NCBI GenBank assembly: GCA_009602735.1
Contig: WELA01002483.1
Coordinates: 103,615 to 167,002, forward strand
Length of the DNA stretch: 63,388 bases
Reading direction: 5' to 3'
Source of the DNA: Mesotaenium endlicherianum
Lineage: Eukaryota
Shown here: positions 36,787 to 49,734 of the stretch, piece after piece
Numbering within the stretch: the first letter of the stretch is position 1
Layout of the letters: every line of letters starts with the position of its first letter
Notes under the pieces: model-generated
What the model saw: only the letters and a program-made list of their open reading frames with translations
What the model was told of the DNA's origin: nothing
Databases searched by the model: none
Made by a program: the position numbers and the translations under genes

Positions 36787-39081
36787 CTACGTCGTTCCCT
36801 GATCCCTGACCTCCTTTTTATCTCCAACATCAAGTTGGTGTATTTGCCTCACTGTATGATACCTCTGAAAGCGCTTAGAAGGGCAATAAAATACACTACA
36901 AGGCTCACACATGAAGTGAACCTTAGGAGCTCCTAAGCAAGATGCACTATACTCAAAAGTGCCAGTTGTACACACTACGCATCGCTTCCTGTCCTTCACC
37001 TTTGCAGGAAAATGCCTGTGAGTCCACCTAGCACCTACAGCAGCTGGGGTTGGGGCAGTCTGGGTCACCATCTTGGTAGGGCCTTCATCATGGGGATGGC
37101 TGAAGTTCCACATGGCATCCATGATCTCCAAATAATTGTCAAACCTGTCTTCGTCGAGATGTGCTATCTTGTACAAGATGAACACATTAGCAAGCAGGCC
37201 ATCAAAGATTCCCCCAATAGGCCTTATGCCACCACTTCCTATTCACCAATACTTCTCAGTGCTATAGTTTCTAGCTTGACACATGGCATCAAATTGATCA
37301 ACTGCATCCTTGTACAAGTTATAGTGTTCTACCAACACAGGAGCTGGTAGTGACACTCTTTCCTTTCTAACACGTCTAATCTAAGTCTTAGGAGCCAGCC
37401 CCTTTGCTGTAGATAGAAATGCAAAAGACCTCTCATCATTCCATATGCATGCAACCATAGAGGGATGCTCATTATACGCAGCTATAGAGCGGCCTGGAGG
37501 GTGAGAATCAAGCTTCATCCACAACGTGCCAGCAAGATAGTCCTTTCTATTTGTGACAGCTGTCCCTGTGGCTGCATGTCCCATCTTAGCTAGTAGTGCA
37601 AATAGATGAGGTGAGGTGAAGCCTCTATCCACGATCGAGCTGAAAAAGGTACCCACAAGTAGAATACTCACTAGGTCCAGTACAACTTGTGTCTTTTGAC
37701 CAGGAAATTTGATTATGTCGTAGATTATGAATGCATAACAAAAGTAAATAATGGCATCACAGATTGTGAACACTTCTATGCCATACTTGTAAGGTTTGGA
37801 AGGGTTGTACACTCTAATGGAGCATTGTCTATATCTATTTGGAATTGTTCTTTCATCCACAGTCAGATTCAGTCTAGGGCTGTAGTACTGTACAAGTGTT
37901 TTGTGGCAAAGATCTGTGGAAGGCTACAGTTGTTACAATTTAGAGTCTCTAGAGTCTCTAAGGAAGTAGTCTCTGTTCTTATTGTCCTTGACATGAAAGT
38001 ATCTTCTAATATCATTGAACTCGTTCCTACTCATGAACCTACCAAAAATAGGGAGAGTAAGAGGGCCCTTCACACTTTTCTGCCAGTATTTACCAAGACT
38101 TGGCAATGCATGCAGTCCCATAGCCAAGCACATGCCATGGAATATCACTATCTTTGTGCAAGTAACAGGCAGCCAACCTTTGGCACTACTCAGAGTGGCA
38201 TATCTACTGGTCTCAACAGCTAGCTGCTCAAAGAACCAAATAGACATGAGTAAACAAAACACTCCGAATGGAGAGAGAGCTCGGAATCTTCGGTCAGACA
38301 TGCCAATAAGGCCGTGGTGATTGCTCTTACTGAGTTGCAGCAGCTCCTCATCATAAGAATGTGCAGCAGCTGCTGGCTGCCAGTCCCACACTTCTTCCTC
38401 CTGGGCCTCTTCCACCTCATCCTCCATTTCCACCATGCTGACAGCAACTGGAACATCGTCATCTTCTTCCTCCTCAAAAGAACCCTCTCCAGGCTGATCA
38501 CTGCTGGCATCAGAGTCTGAATCTAGTGCTACACCTTTGCCCTTCTCACTCCTGCTAGCCTATTCGGTCTTAGTTATAAATTTTCTCCTGAAGCAGGAGC
38601 AGTGTTGTTCCTACTTCCAGATGGCCTGGCTGTGCTTCTAGGGCCCTCGAATTTAGTAGCCTGGTTGTCATCTAAGCTCAGGGAAGTGAGCTCTTCCTCC
38701 TCATGTATCTCAGTGTCAAGAATAGCTGTTTGAGACTCTCGAAATAAGGCCTGAGAGTCAGAGAATCCGGCAAGGTCTCTTCATGAATTCGCTTGTAAAC
38801 ACCTACACTAACCTTCTCAAAGCCCACGGTAAAATCTCTTAGGTTCGCCACGAGAAAAGATTTCAAATACTTGGGTCTAGTCTTGCCATAAGGAAAAAAA
38901 AGAGTGTAACTATCCTCCTGTCCTTTCTTTGGCTCACACTTCTTTTTCACATCTCCGCCTAAGAAAATGCCCTCACAATTGTCCTTAAATGGTCATCCGC
39001 CCATGTCCGGCCAAAGAACACGGCCGGTACTAAGATCATGCACCCTAGTAAGACGTCGCGAGAGCCGACGTCGTCAGCCAT
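36787..39081 (-). pseudogene. piggyBac-like transposase (DDD), disrupted
   Basis: MSRNEFNDIRRYFH, VDERTIP, YNPSKPYKYG, VDRGFTS, YKDAVDQFD, RHFP...CVVC...CEPCSVFYC...YHT; stops and frameshifts. Confidence 0.9.
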
Positions 39082-39999
39082 AGCAGAAATGCAAAAGACA
39101 CACAAAAAGAAGGAGCTATTTTGGGTTGAACAGAGCTCCTTTTGTTCGAAGAATTTTTTTTTTGCTATTTACAAAAAACGAAATGAATTGCCTTTCCGAT
39201 AGACGATTTACAAATTAATAAAGATCTTTATATCAGCGAGTAATCTTCATGGTATTTTTTGTTTAACGGACTAAACAGCAAAAGACAAACGTACTAGCAG
39301 TGGACAACACTCGCAAGTCAAATGCAAGTAAACGAGCATCAATAATGCAATCAGTAAACTCATACGTAAGCAAGGCTAGAAGACAGTGCGTATCAATGGC
39401 TTCTCGCCTTGGATTCAGATTTCTCTCAGTAAGCAGTACAAGAGAGTTGGCCTCGTTTCCAAATGCCGAACTCAAGAGCAATGCCTAGCATATGTACATG
39501 GAATGAGTTTACTGTTCAACGGCCAGTGCGATGGCACAGCCCACACGGGAGTTAACCACGATGGTAGGACCTCGGATAACCAAATCCACCGCCATCTCCT
39601 ATCATCCCGAATTGCCATCCATCCGAAGGATAGCATCTGGCCATTCATCTAGCAAATCACACTTAGATGCATATCTAGGCAGTTTGCTCCTACCGAGTAC
39701 GGAAGTCAGCTAGCTGTCAAAGAATGTGTCAGCAAGCTGACCTAAGTTGATTTCAGCCTGCTGCTTTCGACTGAGTCATTAATTTGATAATTATATAGAG
39801 TCCAGCAGATTGAATGTTGACTAAAGTTCAGTAAGCTGAACTTAATTAATTATTATATTTAAATGAATGTTATATCTACCAATATATTGATTCATTACAA
39901 TCCCTCCAACTTAAATTGTTGTCGCCTCGACATCATTAAATTGTACAATGATCTGGTCAAGAAACTAATAGAAGTTATCTCCCATTGCCTGCCACTTGC

Positions 40000-41809
40000 T
40001 TCAATACTGTTGCCTAGCTGTGGGGATCACTGGTGACAGCGAACTGTCACCTCCACCCTCAGTCCACTTCCGTTGTGGTGTGCAAGCAGAGAGACCTCCA
40101 GCAAGGCTTGACTACAGGATGGTTTTGATGTTTAGGGGGGTTGTTCCTGGGGCTCCAGGGTCAGGCCTGAGATCTAGACCTAGATCTGGACAGCCCTCTA
40201 GGTCTGTCAGCTGGCTTTCTAAATAACCCTGTTTGTTCTAAAGTTGGACCTTGAGGGGAACGAAGGATTGTAGCCTGCTCTTCAACTTCCTGGGTATTAA
40301 TGCCCACATAAACAGGCATTATGGTAGGATGCTAAAATACATTGGCAAGAGGCACATGTCCTTGACTGAAGGGGGTGGCTAGCAAACCTCTGGCTACTCC
40401 GCGTGTCCCTCTTCTGGTACCCCTGTCTTCTGGGGATTTTTGACTTTCTCTGCTGCCAAGAACAGTCAAATCAGCTTCTTCCCCTGCTTGGGCAAGTGGG
40501 CTGGGAGAACGAATGCGGGGTCTTGTTGCTTGCACAGTAGGAAACACATTCCATACACCTGATCTTGGCTCCCTATGAGTCCCTGCTTCTGCCTGCCCCT
40601 GGGTCTCCTAAGTACCATCTCTTGATGCTTCTCCTCCCCTCTGTTCTTCTTCCTCATTCTCCTCGTCTTCCTCCTCTGAGAGGGTAGGGGTCTCGTCCAC
40701 TAAGTCATCTCGCTCCCTAGTAGACATGGAAAAATCTACTGATCGCCCTTTTTTTAGGACGAGCTGGAAGTTGCTTGGCCTTCATCCTGCTGATATCTAT
40801 CCGGCCTGCATTCTTTGCCCATTTGACAAAGGCATGCTTCCCCTTAGAGAAGTAGTCTCTTCCCTTCCTCCTGTGTTCTTTGGTCTCTGCTTTCATATTA
40901 CTCAGGCATCCATAAGCCTGGGGTCCCAAGGGGCAATGTGAGGTGGTAGGATGAGGTAGCCGTCCAGCCCATAGTGGAAGTCATCTGGGTGGGCCCGGTC
41001 ACACTCTCGCTTCCTGTTAGTGACGGTCATCCACCTCCAGTCTGTGGGTTGCTGGTAGTACTGTGGCCCATGCTCAGCCTTTTTAGCTTACAAGGAAACT
41101 AGTGGGGGGAGAACATCTGCTGCCCTGTTTCCCTGGCCAAGTACTCCCAGTTCCTCCTCTCAACTTAATTGTAGGCTGGCAGCAGTGTCAGGTAAAATAC
41201 TGCACCTTTAAAGCTATCGGTCTGCATGCTGACCATCCTAATGAGTCTTTGATTCTCCACTATGCCAGGCACTGGTACTGGCTTATCTTCCAAGTCATCT
41301 GCAAGAAATTGTGCCTGCTTTGCTGTACATCCCACCATTTTGGCATAATCTTCGTAGAGGACCACACCATTGTGTGTCTCAATGTACCTATCCAGAGCTT
41401 CAGCTCCTTGTCTCTGTAGCATTGTTTTCTGTTCCATCTTGCTGATCCTTAGGGTTGTCAGTAATGCCTTCTTCAGGTTATCAAAGGTTTGGCCACCCAC
41501 CACAGCGTATCTGTAAGTGGCCGGGCTTTTCTGCTTCTCAGCTTCAGCCTTCCTCTTTCTCTCCTCCTTTGCTGCCGCCGCTTCTTCTTGTTGTTTCTCC
41601 TGTCTCTCCTCTTGAGCTTTCCTGAGATTTTTCGCCTTCTGCTCTTTCTTCCTCTGTGCTTCTTTTGCCGCCTCTTCTTGTTTGCCGACCCTTCCCTGTT
41701 CTCTCCTGGTGAGGGATGTCGCCTCCAGCTCTTTCTGATATTGCTCCATAGTCCTCTTGGCTTCTTCTGCCTTGCGCTTTCTATATTCTTTTTGTGTGGT
41801 GGGAGCCAT
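40000..41809 (-). pseudogene. Family A extra ORF, decayed but most complete copy (3' limit approximate)
   Basis: ORF pieces 41165-41833, 40717-40929, 40332-40547 match 9631-11047 and extend toward the PPT. Confidence 0.8.
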
Positions 41810-42171
41810 CCTGCACATGTAACCAGGGCACAAGTTAGTAGGATCTCAATCTTTGTCACAGGAGATGCAGGAAGAGAAATAAGTTTGTTTTATTATGGTA
41901 GGCTTGTTCCCGTTCACCTTACAGAGTGGTTACTAGGAGTTAACGGAGCCGCAGTGCGATGAGAATACACGAATGAGTGTGTGTGCAGGGTGAGTTAGGT
42001 GATTTGTTGATATGCTGGTCCCTTTCTCCTTCCGAGTGGTGGGCACCCGCCAACTTAGCTTAATGTGGGCCTGGCTGTCACATCTGTCACTATGCTGACA
42101 CTTTACTGTGAACAACTGTCCCTCTCTCGCACACTAACTGTCATTTACTGCCACATTTTCCCACCAACTTA

Positions 42172-42575
42172 CCTACTGTGGCAAAGCCGGCCACCTGCAG
42201 ATCGTCTGCCTGCAGAAGAAGCGCGACCTCGAGAGCGGGCGCGCTTGTGACGGATTGCGGTGTTGACTGGCCGGGCTGTGCCAGATGGGCGTCTGCCATT
42301 TGTCAGCTGGGCGGATTGTCCCTGTCTGCCACTGGCAACAGCCTGAGCGAGGAACATGCTGCTGGCGGGGGCATATAGCGCCCCACACGCGTCGTAGCCG
42401 GCGCTAGCGTCGCGAGCGTGCAGGCGGGCGATCTCAGCCTCGGCCGCTAACAGCGTGTCGCTGAGAGCGTTGTAGCTGTAGTGGTCCTCGCCAGGAGTCA
42501 TCACGGCGCTGATCCTGGCCGTGGCCGCCGTCATTGCGAGCCGTCCGCCGGTGCGCGGGTTACGCGTGCCCCGCT
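42172..42575. pseudogene. Scrambled family C gag fragments
   Basis: 42175-42245 on + reads YCGKAGHLQIVCLQKKRDLESGR. About 42250-42575 on - reads RNPRTGGRLAMTAAT...EAEIARL, matching 24274-25040. Confidence 0.8.
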
Positions 42576-44077
42576 GGGGTGTCGTGGCGGCCTATCGTGA
42601 CTGGGCCATGCGCACGCACGTAAGCTGCCACCTGCGCCGGGCCTCGTGATCCTGCTTGTGAGGAGCATCGTACGCAAGCTAGTCCAAGATTGAGAGCTGC
42701 GGCAGGTACGGGTGCGGGTCGTAGTAGGCCTGCTGGCGTCGGTGGAACGGGAGGTCCACCTGGTTGGCGCTGCCGGCTAGCTCCGTGCGGTGGGCGAATT
42801 GTCAGACGCGCATTGGCTGGCGAGGCGCCAGCTGCACCCGGGCACAGAGCTGAGGGTGGAGCGGCTGCTGATTGCCAGGACGCTGGTAGCGGCGCGCCAG
42901 GTCGTTGACTGCTGGAGAGCAGCGACCGGGCCTGGAGCTGCACGCGCGGCTGCTGGTGCGGGCGCCACCTTGTTCGGAGGTGGGCCGCCAGGCCCGTCAC
43001 TGGTAAAGTGGCTGCGGGGAGCCGGCGGGCGCTGGTCGTACAGCTCGTGGGAGGCGTACGTGGTGGACTGCGGACCGTCCTCCCGGTCGTTGGTCTCGTG
43101 ATAGGGTGGAGTGGCTGCGCGATCGCGGCTGTCGCGATAAGGTGGAGTGGCAGCACAATTGCGGGTATCGTGGTAGGGCAGCGTGAGGGACCAACCACGT
43201 CTGGGAGGGGGCGTGAGACTGCGCTCGCCGCAGGCTGCGCCTGAGCTGCGGCGGGGTGACAGCTCGCAGTCTGCCGCGCAGGCCCTGTCCTGGCTCTGGA
43301 CGTATGACCGAGCGCTGAACCCGGGTATGGCGGTCATTGTTGTGCCGGGCGCGCTGACAACTGCGCGAGCCGCAGTGGCGCGCGTGTCGGAGGTGGCAGA
43401 GGTAGCAGCGAGTAATACACAAGAATCGGATCTGTCATCTCGGACGCCCTTGCCGTATAGTTTGTGCAAGAGATTGCGGCAGGTGGCATTGGTCGAGCAG
43501 TCATGCTTGGGTCGGCATCGTGAACCTGCGCACAGAGGTAGGCGTCGTCGGACATGGCGAACGCAGGCCGGCTGAACCTTGGCGAGCCAATCGAGGAAGG
43601 GCGTCCAAACCCCGGAGGACCTGTAGGCCTGTCGAAGCCTGAGGGCCCGATCAGTGTGCTGAACCTGGGGGTCCCGTGGGCCTATGGTGGGCGCGAGCGA
43701 CGGGAGTGACGGGCCGCGTCTGCGACCCAAGCGGCTCCTCGTAGGACGCCTCTGGCGCGCGCTCATACAACTTGTCGTCTGTCAGCGGGTCATAGGCCGC
43801 TTGTCGCAAGGCCTCCTCCTCCGAGGCGGTCGTGCGGCGGTCAGACTCGTCCGTGTGCATCGATAGCAAAGGTGGCTGGGACGCCATCTAGAGCTGCATG
43901 GCCACCCCAATTGGAACCTCTTGTCGCAGGCAGACGTCGGCTTGGGCGTAGGGCAAGCGGGGCCTCTCTTGCGGAGGCGGCGCTGGCGCTGGTGCGGGCG
44001 ACAGGCCTGTGCTTGCAGCCGCTGTGAGGAGCTTGTGGGCCCTAGCAGCTGCGGCCACTACCGTGGCAGTGACGTCG
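42576..44077 (-). other. GC-rich, probably coding-derived block of unknown origin
   Basis: Long overlapping minus-strand ORFs (42777-43766, 42560-43198, 43651-43887) with no recognisable motif; sharp composition change. Confidence 0.4.
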
Positions 44078-44960
44078 GCTGATTGATGACATCAAACTTC
44101 TCATGCATTTTCCCGACAAACACTACCCAAGTAGGGTCACCAAGTTGCTGAGCCTTACGATCTCCTTTCCAATACAGCTACCAGTCTGCTGCACTGCCTT
44201 TCAGTAGAGCACCAGTATGCCTAACGTTCTCGTAATCATGCAGTTCTGGGTAGTTCTCCAGCCACTGCTCAACATCAGCGAGAAACTTGACCAGGTACTA
44301 CTTTTTGTTTCCCTCAGGATCATGGTGCGGGGGGGGCTTTGGCTTAGGCTTACTAGGCCCTCTGCCACCACCACCAGTGGTTTGAGAACCCAGTTGGTCT
44401 CTGTCACGCAGCAATGCCATTGTGATCCTTTTGTCCTCCTGTTGGGACTGATACATGCTCGCCACTCGCGATTGCATCTGAACAAATAAGGCTCCAAGAT
44501 CTACATTCTGAGGTGGTAGCCCAGCAAACGCAGCAGCAGCAACATTAGCTCAATTAGTAGCAGCTTCGGCATTCCTGATTGCTGCCGCTCCGACTATGCC
44601 CGTTGCGCTCAACCGTCTGCGAATTTGAGGGAGAGGTATGACAGTAGGCACTGCAGGAGGTTGGTTTCGGAGGTTGGCCCTTTCTGCCATCTGCTCTTCC
44701 AACGTCCTTTCATCAGGGGCCCTCCAGTTGACTGCCTCCTCTACCTCTTTGGCTCAACGCTCATCCTCAGCCAACTGGGCTACTACTGCAGCAAGAGGTG
44801 CTGCCTGCTCAGCAGCTTCTCTAGCTCCTGCATCGTGCAGCGTTTCCAAGTAGGTACGGGGTCCAAAGACGCGACTTTCGTCCTGCCCTTTTACAATGTT
44901 ATCATTGTCCTCACCCTCCACTTCCCGAGAGTTGCTAGTTTGAGACCTAGTCCTTACCAT
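44078..44960 (-). pseudogene. gag: 5' part of family A gag (diverged subfamily)
   Basis: MVRTRSQTSNSRE...; matches 6565-7473. Confidence 0.88.
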
Positions 44961-45315
44961 ACACAACTACTGTGATAACTCCTCCGATACCACTGAAATC
45001 AACTTACCAATAGACGATTAATGATTAATAGAGATCTTTATATGAGCAAGTAATCTTTATGGTATTTAGATGACAGTGCGTATCAATGGCTTCTCGCCTT
45101 GGATTCAGATATCTCTCAGTAAGCGGTACAAGAGAGTTGTCCTCGTTTCCGAATGCCGAACTCGAGAGCAATACGTAGCATATATACATGGAATGAGTTT
45201 ACTGTTCAACGGAGTGCGATGGCACCGCCTACTCGGGAGTTAACCACGTCGGTAGGACCTCGGCTAACCAAATCCACAGCCATCTTCCATCATCCCGAAT
45301 CGTCATCCCCCTTAA

Positions 45316-47908
45316 CATTAGGTCTCGCAAGAAATAAACCATATATGGTCCGATAAAGCACCACCTAAGTTTCACTATATTGAAATAACCAGTGAAGCTA
45401 TGACTATGTGTAATAGACCATTGGAGAGCTTACATCACAAGATGTTGCACTGGCCATGTGGCCCGCAATTTTTGGGAAGGTAAGGTGTACTTTCCGTACA
45501 AAGTGTGTACGGTAACATGAAACAAGCAAAAAGAGCCAACTTTGACTTCACACACTATGAGTTTGGGTATGAACCAGTAGTTGTTGATTTATTCTGGGGT
45601 GGGCATGTGTCTTACCTATTAAATTTTACTTCATTTTGATTAGTAGCTTTGTGCAGGCACACTCTGTACTTAGTGGACCATATGGGGTCCGGGTATTTTC
45701 TGTACTTTTTAGTGCCTCATGCAACAAAGCATCACAGTTTCATAACTTATTTTGTACACATGCAAATAGTAGTCTGTAAAGTGGAGCTTGACAGTAAGGT
45801 TTTACTTTACTTACCAAAAAACAATTTGGATATAAAATAATGAACAAAAATGATTAAAAATAAATTATAAATTATAGAATATCACAGAATCGACAATTTT
45901 GCACACATGAAGCTAAACTGTACATGAAGCACAATGTCTTTCATATATATTTTTGTTGCAACTCCTCAGCTCTATAGTCCTAATTGTTACTGCTACTTAG
46001 CCTGTAGGGGCCACTATCTACATGTGCTATGTGCTTGTTGGTATGGTACTCCTCAAAGCAAGGCGCGGGGCAAAACGCTACTCCACACGTCGCGCACCAA
46101 TAGCTAGGCCTCACGTTACTCTTCTCATGGCCTAGGTCATACAGCTTGTCTGCACACTACACACCCTGGTCTAGAGCCTCCTGGAAGGTGCTCAGGGAAG
46201 TGTCTCCCAAGGAACCTGTCTATCCAGCCCGCCCCGCACTCCATCGAAAGTGCCTTCCCTCACGTGGATCATGGAAGTCTGTCATCTCCGCTACACCATC
46301 TAACATGAAGGGAAACCTGTCAAACTCAGAATGGGCCAGGTTGTAGAGGATGTAGGCATTGGCCAGGGCAGCATCAAACAGACTCCAATATAATTTGTGC
46401 CACCACTTGAAGCTGACAGCAGCACTCTCGACATAATAGTTATCCCTCAGACAGAGCTTGTCGAATTGATCGACAGCATCTTTGTGTTTGTTGTAGTGCA
46501 CCACAATGTCTGGAGCAGTCTTCAAGCTCCCATCACTCTGCCTCCTCTCAACTTCATTCACCTCAAGACCAGCAGCTGTAGACAGAAAGTGCATTAGCAT
46601 CTTGTCTTGCCAGACCATAGCAATCTGCCCCGGGTAGTCACCCACAAGAACCATGTAGTCTCCCTAAGTTGGTTTTTTCTGACCTCTTGGGATGGGCAAT
46701 ACTAAGGCACTTCCTTTACCATCTAGATTCTTAGGCATGTCTTTTCTATTTTGGCATACCTGTACCAGTTGCTACATGACCTCTTTTAGCCAGGACTTTC
46801 AAAAATGTCGGCGATGTGAAGCCTCTGTCCAGAACAAAAGAGTAAGTCTGTTTGTCTGGCACACCCCCAATCAAGTCTAATAGTGTAACAACTTGTGACC
46901 TGCCAGGCTCTTTATTAAACACTGTGAAGTCATAGCAGTAGTATCTTGTGCTATCACAGGCCACAAACAATTCTATACCAAACTTATGTGGCTTCTTTGG
47001 CATGTACACTTTCACAGGGCAAATCTATTTCTCAGGGGGAGTTCTATTGTTATGTCATGTCCAGGATTATGGTGGACTTTGAACTTCTGCCTCAATCTAT
47101 CTATGATAGGCAGGCACTACCACATCCTGTAGATCCCAAAGGTCTTAGAAAATCACCCCCTACCCAAGTTTGACTTGAGGTGAAAATATCTTTTTATTTT
47201 TAGCCACCTGTTCTTGGACATGAACGTTCCAAAGGAAGGAAACATGATGGGTCCACTTGTATCAGACCTCCAATAATAAAGTATCCTAGGCAGAGGGTTC
47301 AGGGCCATGGCAAGGTAAAGACCATGCCATACAACCATCTTAGTGAGAGTTACCAGCTTCCACTCTTTGGCCTTGTTTGAGTTTGCATAAGCATTTGTCT
47401 CATTGACAAGCAATTCAAACCAGTCTATGCCAATGTACAGGCACAGCACAGCAAAGGGAGAGTATTTAAGAAATGCATTGGGATTGACACCTCTCAGTCC
47501 GGAGGTTGAAGAACCACCTGGCTGCTGCCTCCATGGATACTTCTCACCATGAACTGGAGGTCTCCCCCAAAGGTAGCAGAAATGAGTAATTTACCACCCA
47601 CAACAATTTTTGGCGCATTTGAAGAAGAAGCCATGGCTCTAAGAGCTTTCTAGGGACCTCGGGTATGAATGACTTTTTCACATGAAATTTCGTGTCGAAC
47701 CTGAAGTTGAACCTCACTCTTTTGACTCTAACTTTGTCGTTAATGATCGGAAGACCATTTTGCATTTTTTCGCCTAAGGTTCAAGTCTGTACGGTTCGTT
47801 TGAGCTATAGATTGTACAATTTGGTCAACTGTAGCACTCTAGAGGTCAACGCTGAAAAATAGAGATTAGCTAGACCATATATGGTCCGATGGGATGGGAT
47901 ACCTAGTG
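45316..47908 (-). mobile_element. piggyBac-like DNA transposon PB3 (2593 bp) inserted in family A 5' LTR
   Basis: TTAA|CATTAGGT ... ACCTAGTG|TTAA (45312-45315, 47909-47912); LTR sequence resumes on both sides. Confidence 0.9.
45980..47765 (-). pseudogene. piggyBac-like transposase, disrupted
   Basis: MSKNRWLKIKRYFH, YMPKKPHKFG, LDRGFTS, YNKHKDAVDQFD, KWWHKL, CVVC...CATCGVAFCPAPCFEEYHT. Confidence 0.9.
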
Positions 47909-49142
47909 TTAAGGGTGTCATCTGGCCACTCATCTAGCACACCACACTTAGATGCATAGCTAGGTAGTTCGCTGCTGCCGAGTACGGCAGCCAACTGCCT
48001 GTCAAAGAATGTGACAGCAAGCTGACCCAAGTCAACAGGCTGACCTAATGGACTTCAGCCTGCTGCTTCCGGCTAAGTAATTTAATTAAGTCTTAAGTAT
48101 CTAGCAAGTTTAAATGCAGCAAACTAGATATTAACTATAGTTGAGCAGGCTGAACTTATTTAACTATTATATGTAGATGAATATTATATCTATCCAATAT
48201 ACTGATTCATTACAGATAACGTGCCTATAGAAAATGAGCTAAGTTTAGTGATTACAAGTGTATGTCTTGTATTGTGCACCTGTGTGTTGCTCCCTACTTT
48301 CAGGTATACCACACCACCAGGGTTATTGCCCATCTAGATTAAGGACCTTTCTGGGAGAAGAAGTCTTAGGAGACACAAATAGGCGAAAATCGATGAAACT
48401 GAGCTAATCTGGTAGGAATTGTAAACAATTGTAGTGAGACCCAGTGAGATGGTGAAGACATGACATAAATGAGTTCATCATTTTGTATTTGATTTGATTT
48501 TTTTTAAAAAGAAAGTAATTGTTCTTTTTGCCCCTGCATGATGATTAGTTGTAATTATTATACTATTTTCCAAATATTTAAAATTGAAAAAAATATTTTC
48601 AACAAGCCAAGGACACAAATAAGTGATATGTTAAGTTTAAGATCTATGTGATATGTGTGCATTTCACAAAGTCATGCTATGTGAAGCTGTCCATTATAAC
48701 GTTTGTTGCATAATGTTTTTTTTGCGCATCATATTTGGTGCATATTTGCTAAGAGCTCCATAAGACAAATTACTTCTCCGATGGGCTCCAAATTTTGCAC
48801 ATGTAATAACTACTCATATACATATCCCTGGCTAAATTTCCATGCCCTAGACCCTAAGACTTGTAGAGATATGAAGGCCCAAGTTTTGCAATTTTGGCGC
48901 TAATTTTTTTGGTGTCATTCTTTTCAATTTCTCCACTCTAAAAAAAATTCATCTTGAAAAAAAAAGGATGTGGTCAGCAAGATTGTGATGTAAGCTTTCC
49001 AAATTGGTGCTTCATTGTATGCTTGGACTAATACTGTGATCACAAAAAATTCAAGAGTAAAGATAGTAGGTGCATTAAAAAGTGTGAGTTGCCGTGGGGT
49101 ATTTAGTGTTGAGTCTGCTCGACTTTTAGTAATATTCAATAT

Positions 49143-49734
49143 GATGACTCAGTCGAGAGCAACAGGCTGAAGTCTATCATTGGTCAGCTTACTGACACAT
49201 TCTTTAACGGTCAGCTTTCTGCCGTTCTCAGTATAAGTGAACTGCCTAGTTATGCATCAAAGTGTGATATGCTAGATGAGTGGCCGGATGACACCCTTGG
49301 GGTAGATGGCGATTTGGGATGATGGGCGATGGCTGTGGATGTGGTTAGCCGAGGTCCTACCGACGTGGTTAACTCCCGGGTAGACAGTACCATCGCCCTT
49401 GCCATTGAGCAGTAAAATCATTCCATGTACGTAAGTTAGGTCATGCTCTTGAGTTTGGCATTAGAAAACAAGGCCAACCCTTTGTATCCTTACTGAGAGG
49501 ATATCTGAAATTAAGGCAAGAAGTCATTACGAGAATTGTCTTCTAACCTTGCTTATGTATGAGTTTACTGATTGCATGATTAATGCTCGTGTACTTGCAT
49601 ATAACCTATGAGTATTGCTCACGCTAGTTGTGTGGTCTTTTGCTAATTAACCAGAAAACACCATGAAGATCACTTGTTGATATAAGATCCTTTTGTTAAT
49701 TGTTAATCGCTTATTAGTAACACGATTCATTTCA
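49143..49734 (+). repeat. Diverged, 5'-truncated family A LTR
   Basis: Matches ~9032-9630; ends GATTCATTTCA. Confidence 0.85.

Larger units (their letters stand above)
39179..48214 (-). mobile_element. Family A copy 3, pol-less/chimeric: 3' LTR 39179-39899, PPT, extra ORF, foreign GC-rich block, 5' gag, PBS, 5' LTR 44994-48214 (split by PB3)
   Basis: Homology to copies 1 and 2. Flanks (AAAAA vs GATAA) do not form a clean TSD. Confidence 0.8.
36091..48338 (-). mobile_element. piggyBac-like DNA transposon PB2, interrupted by family A copy 3 (39179-48214); right end degenerate
   Basis: Left end TTAA|CACTAGATGGCCCAA (36087-36105). Probable right end TTGCCCATCTAGA|TTAA (48326-48342). Confidence 0.7.

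Noticed and set aside
48343..49142. AT-rich stretch that may be a non-autonomous DNA-transposon remnant
   Set aside because: Could not identify termini, TSD or coding similarity.
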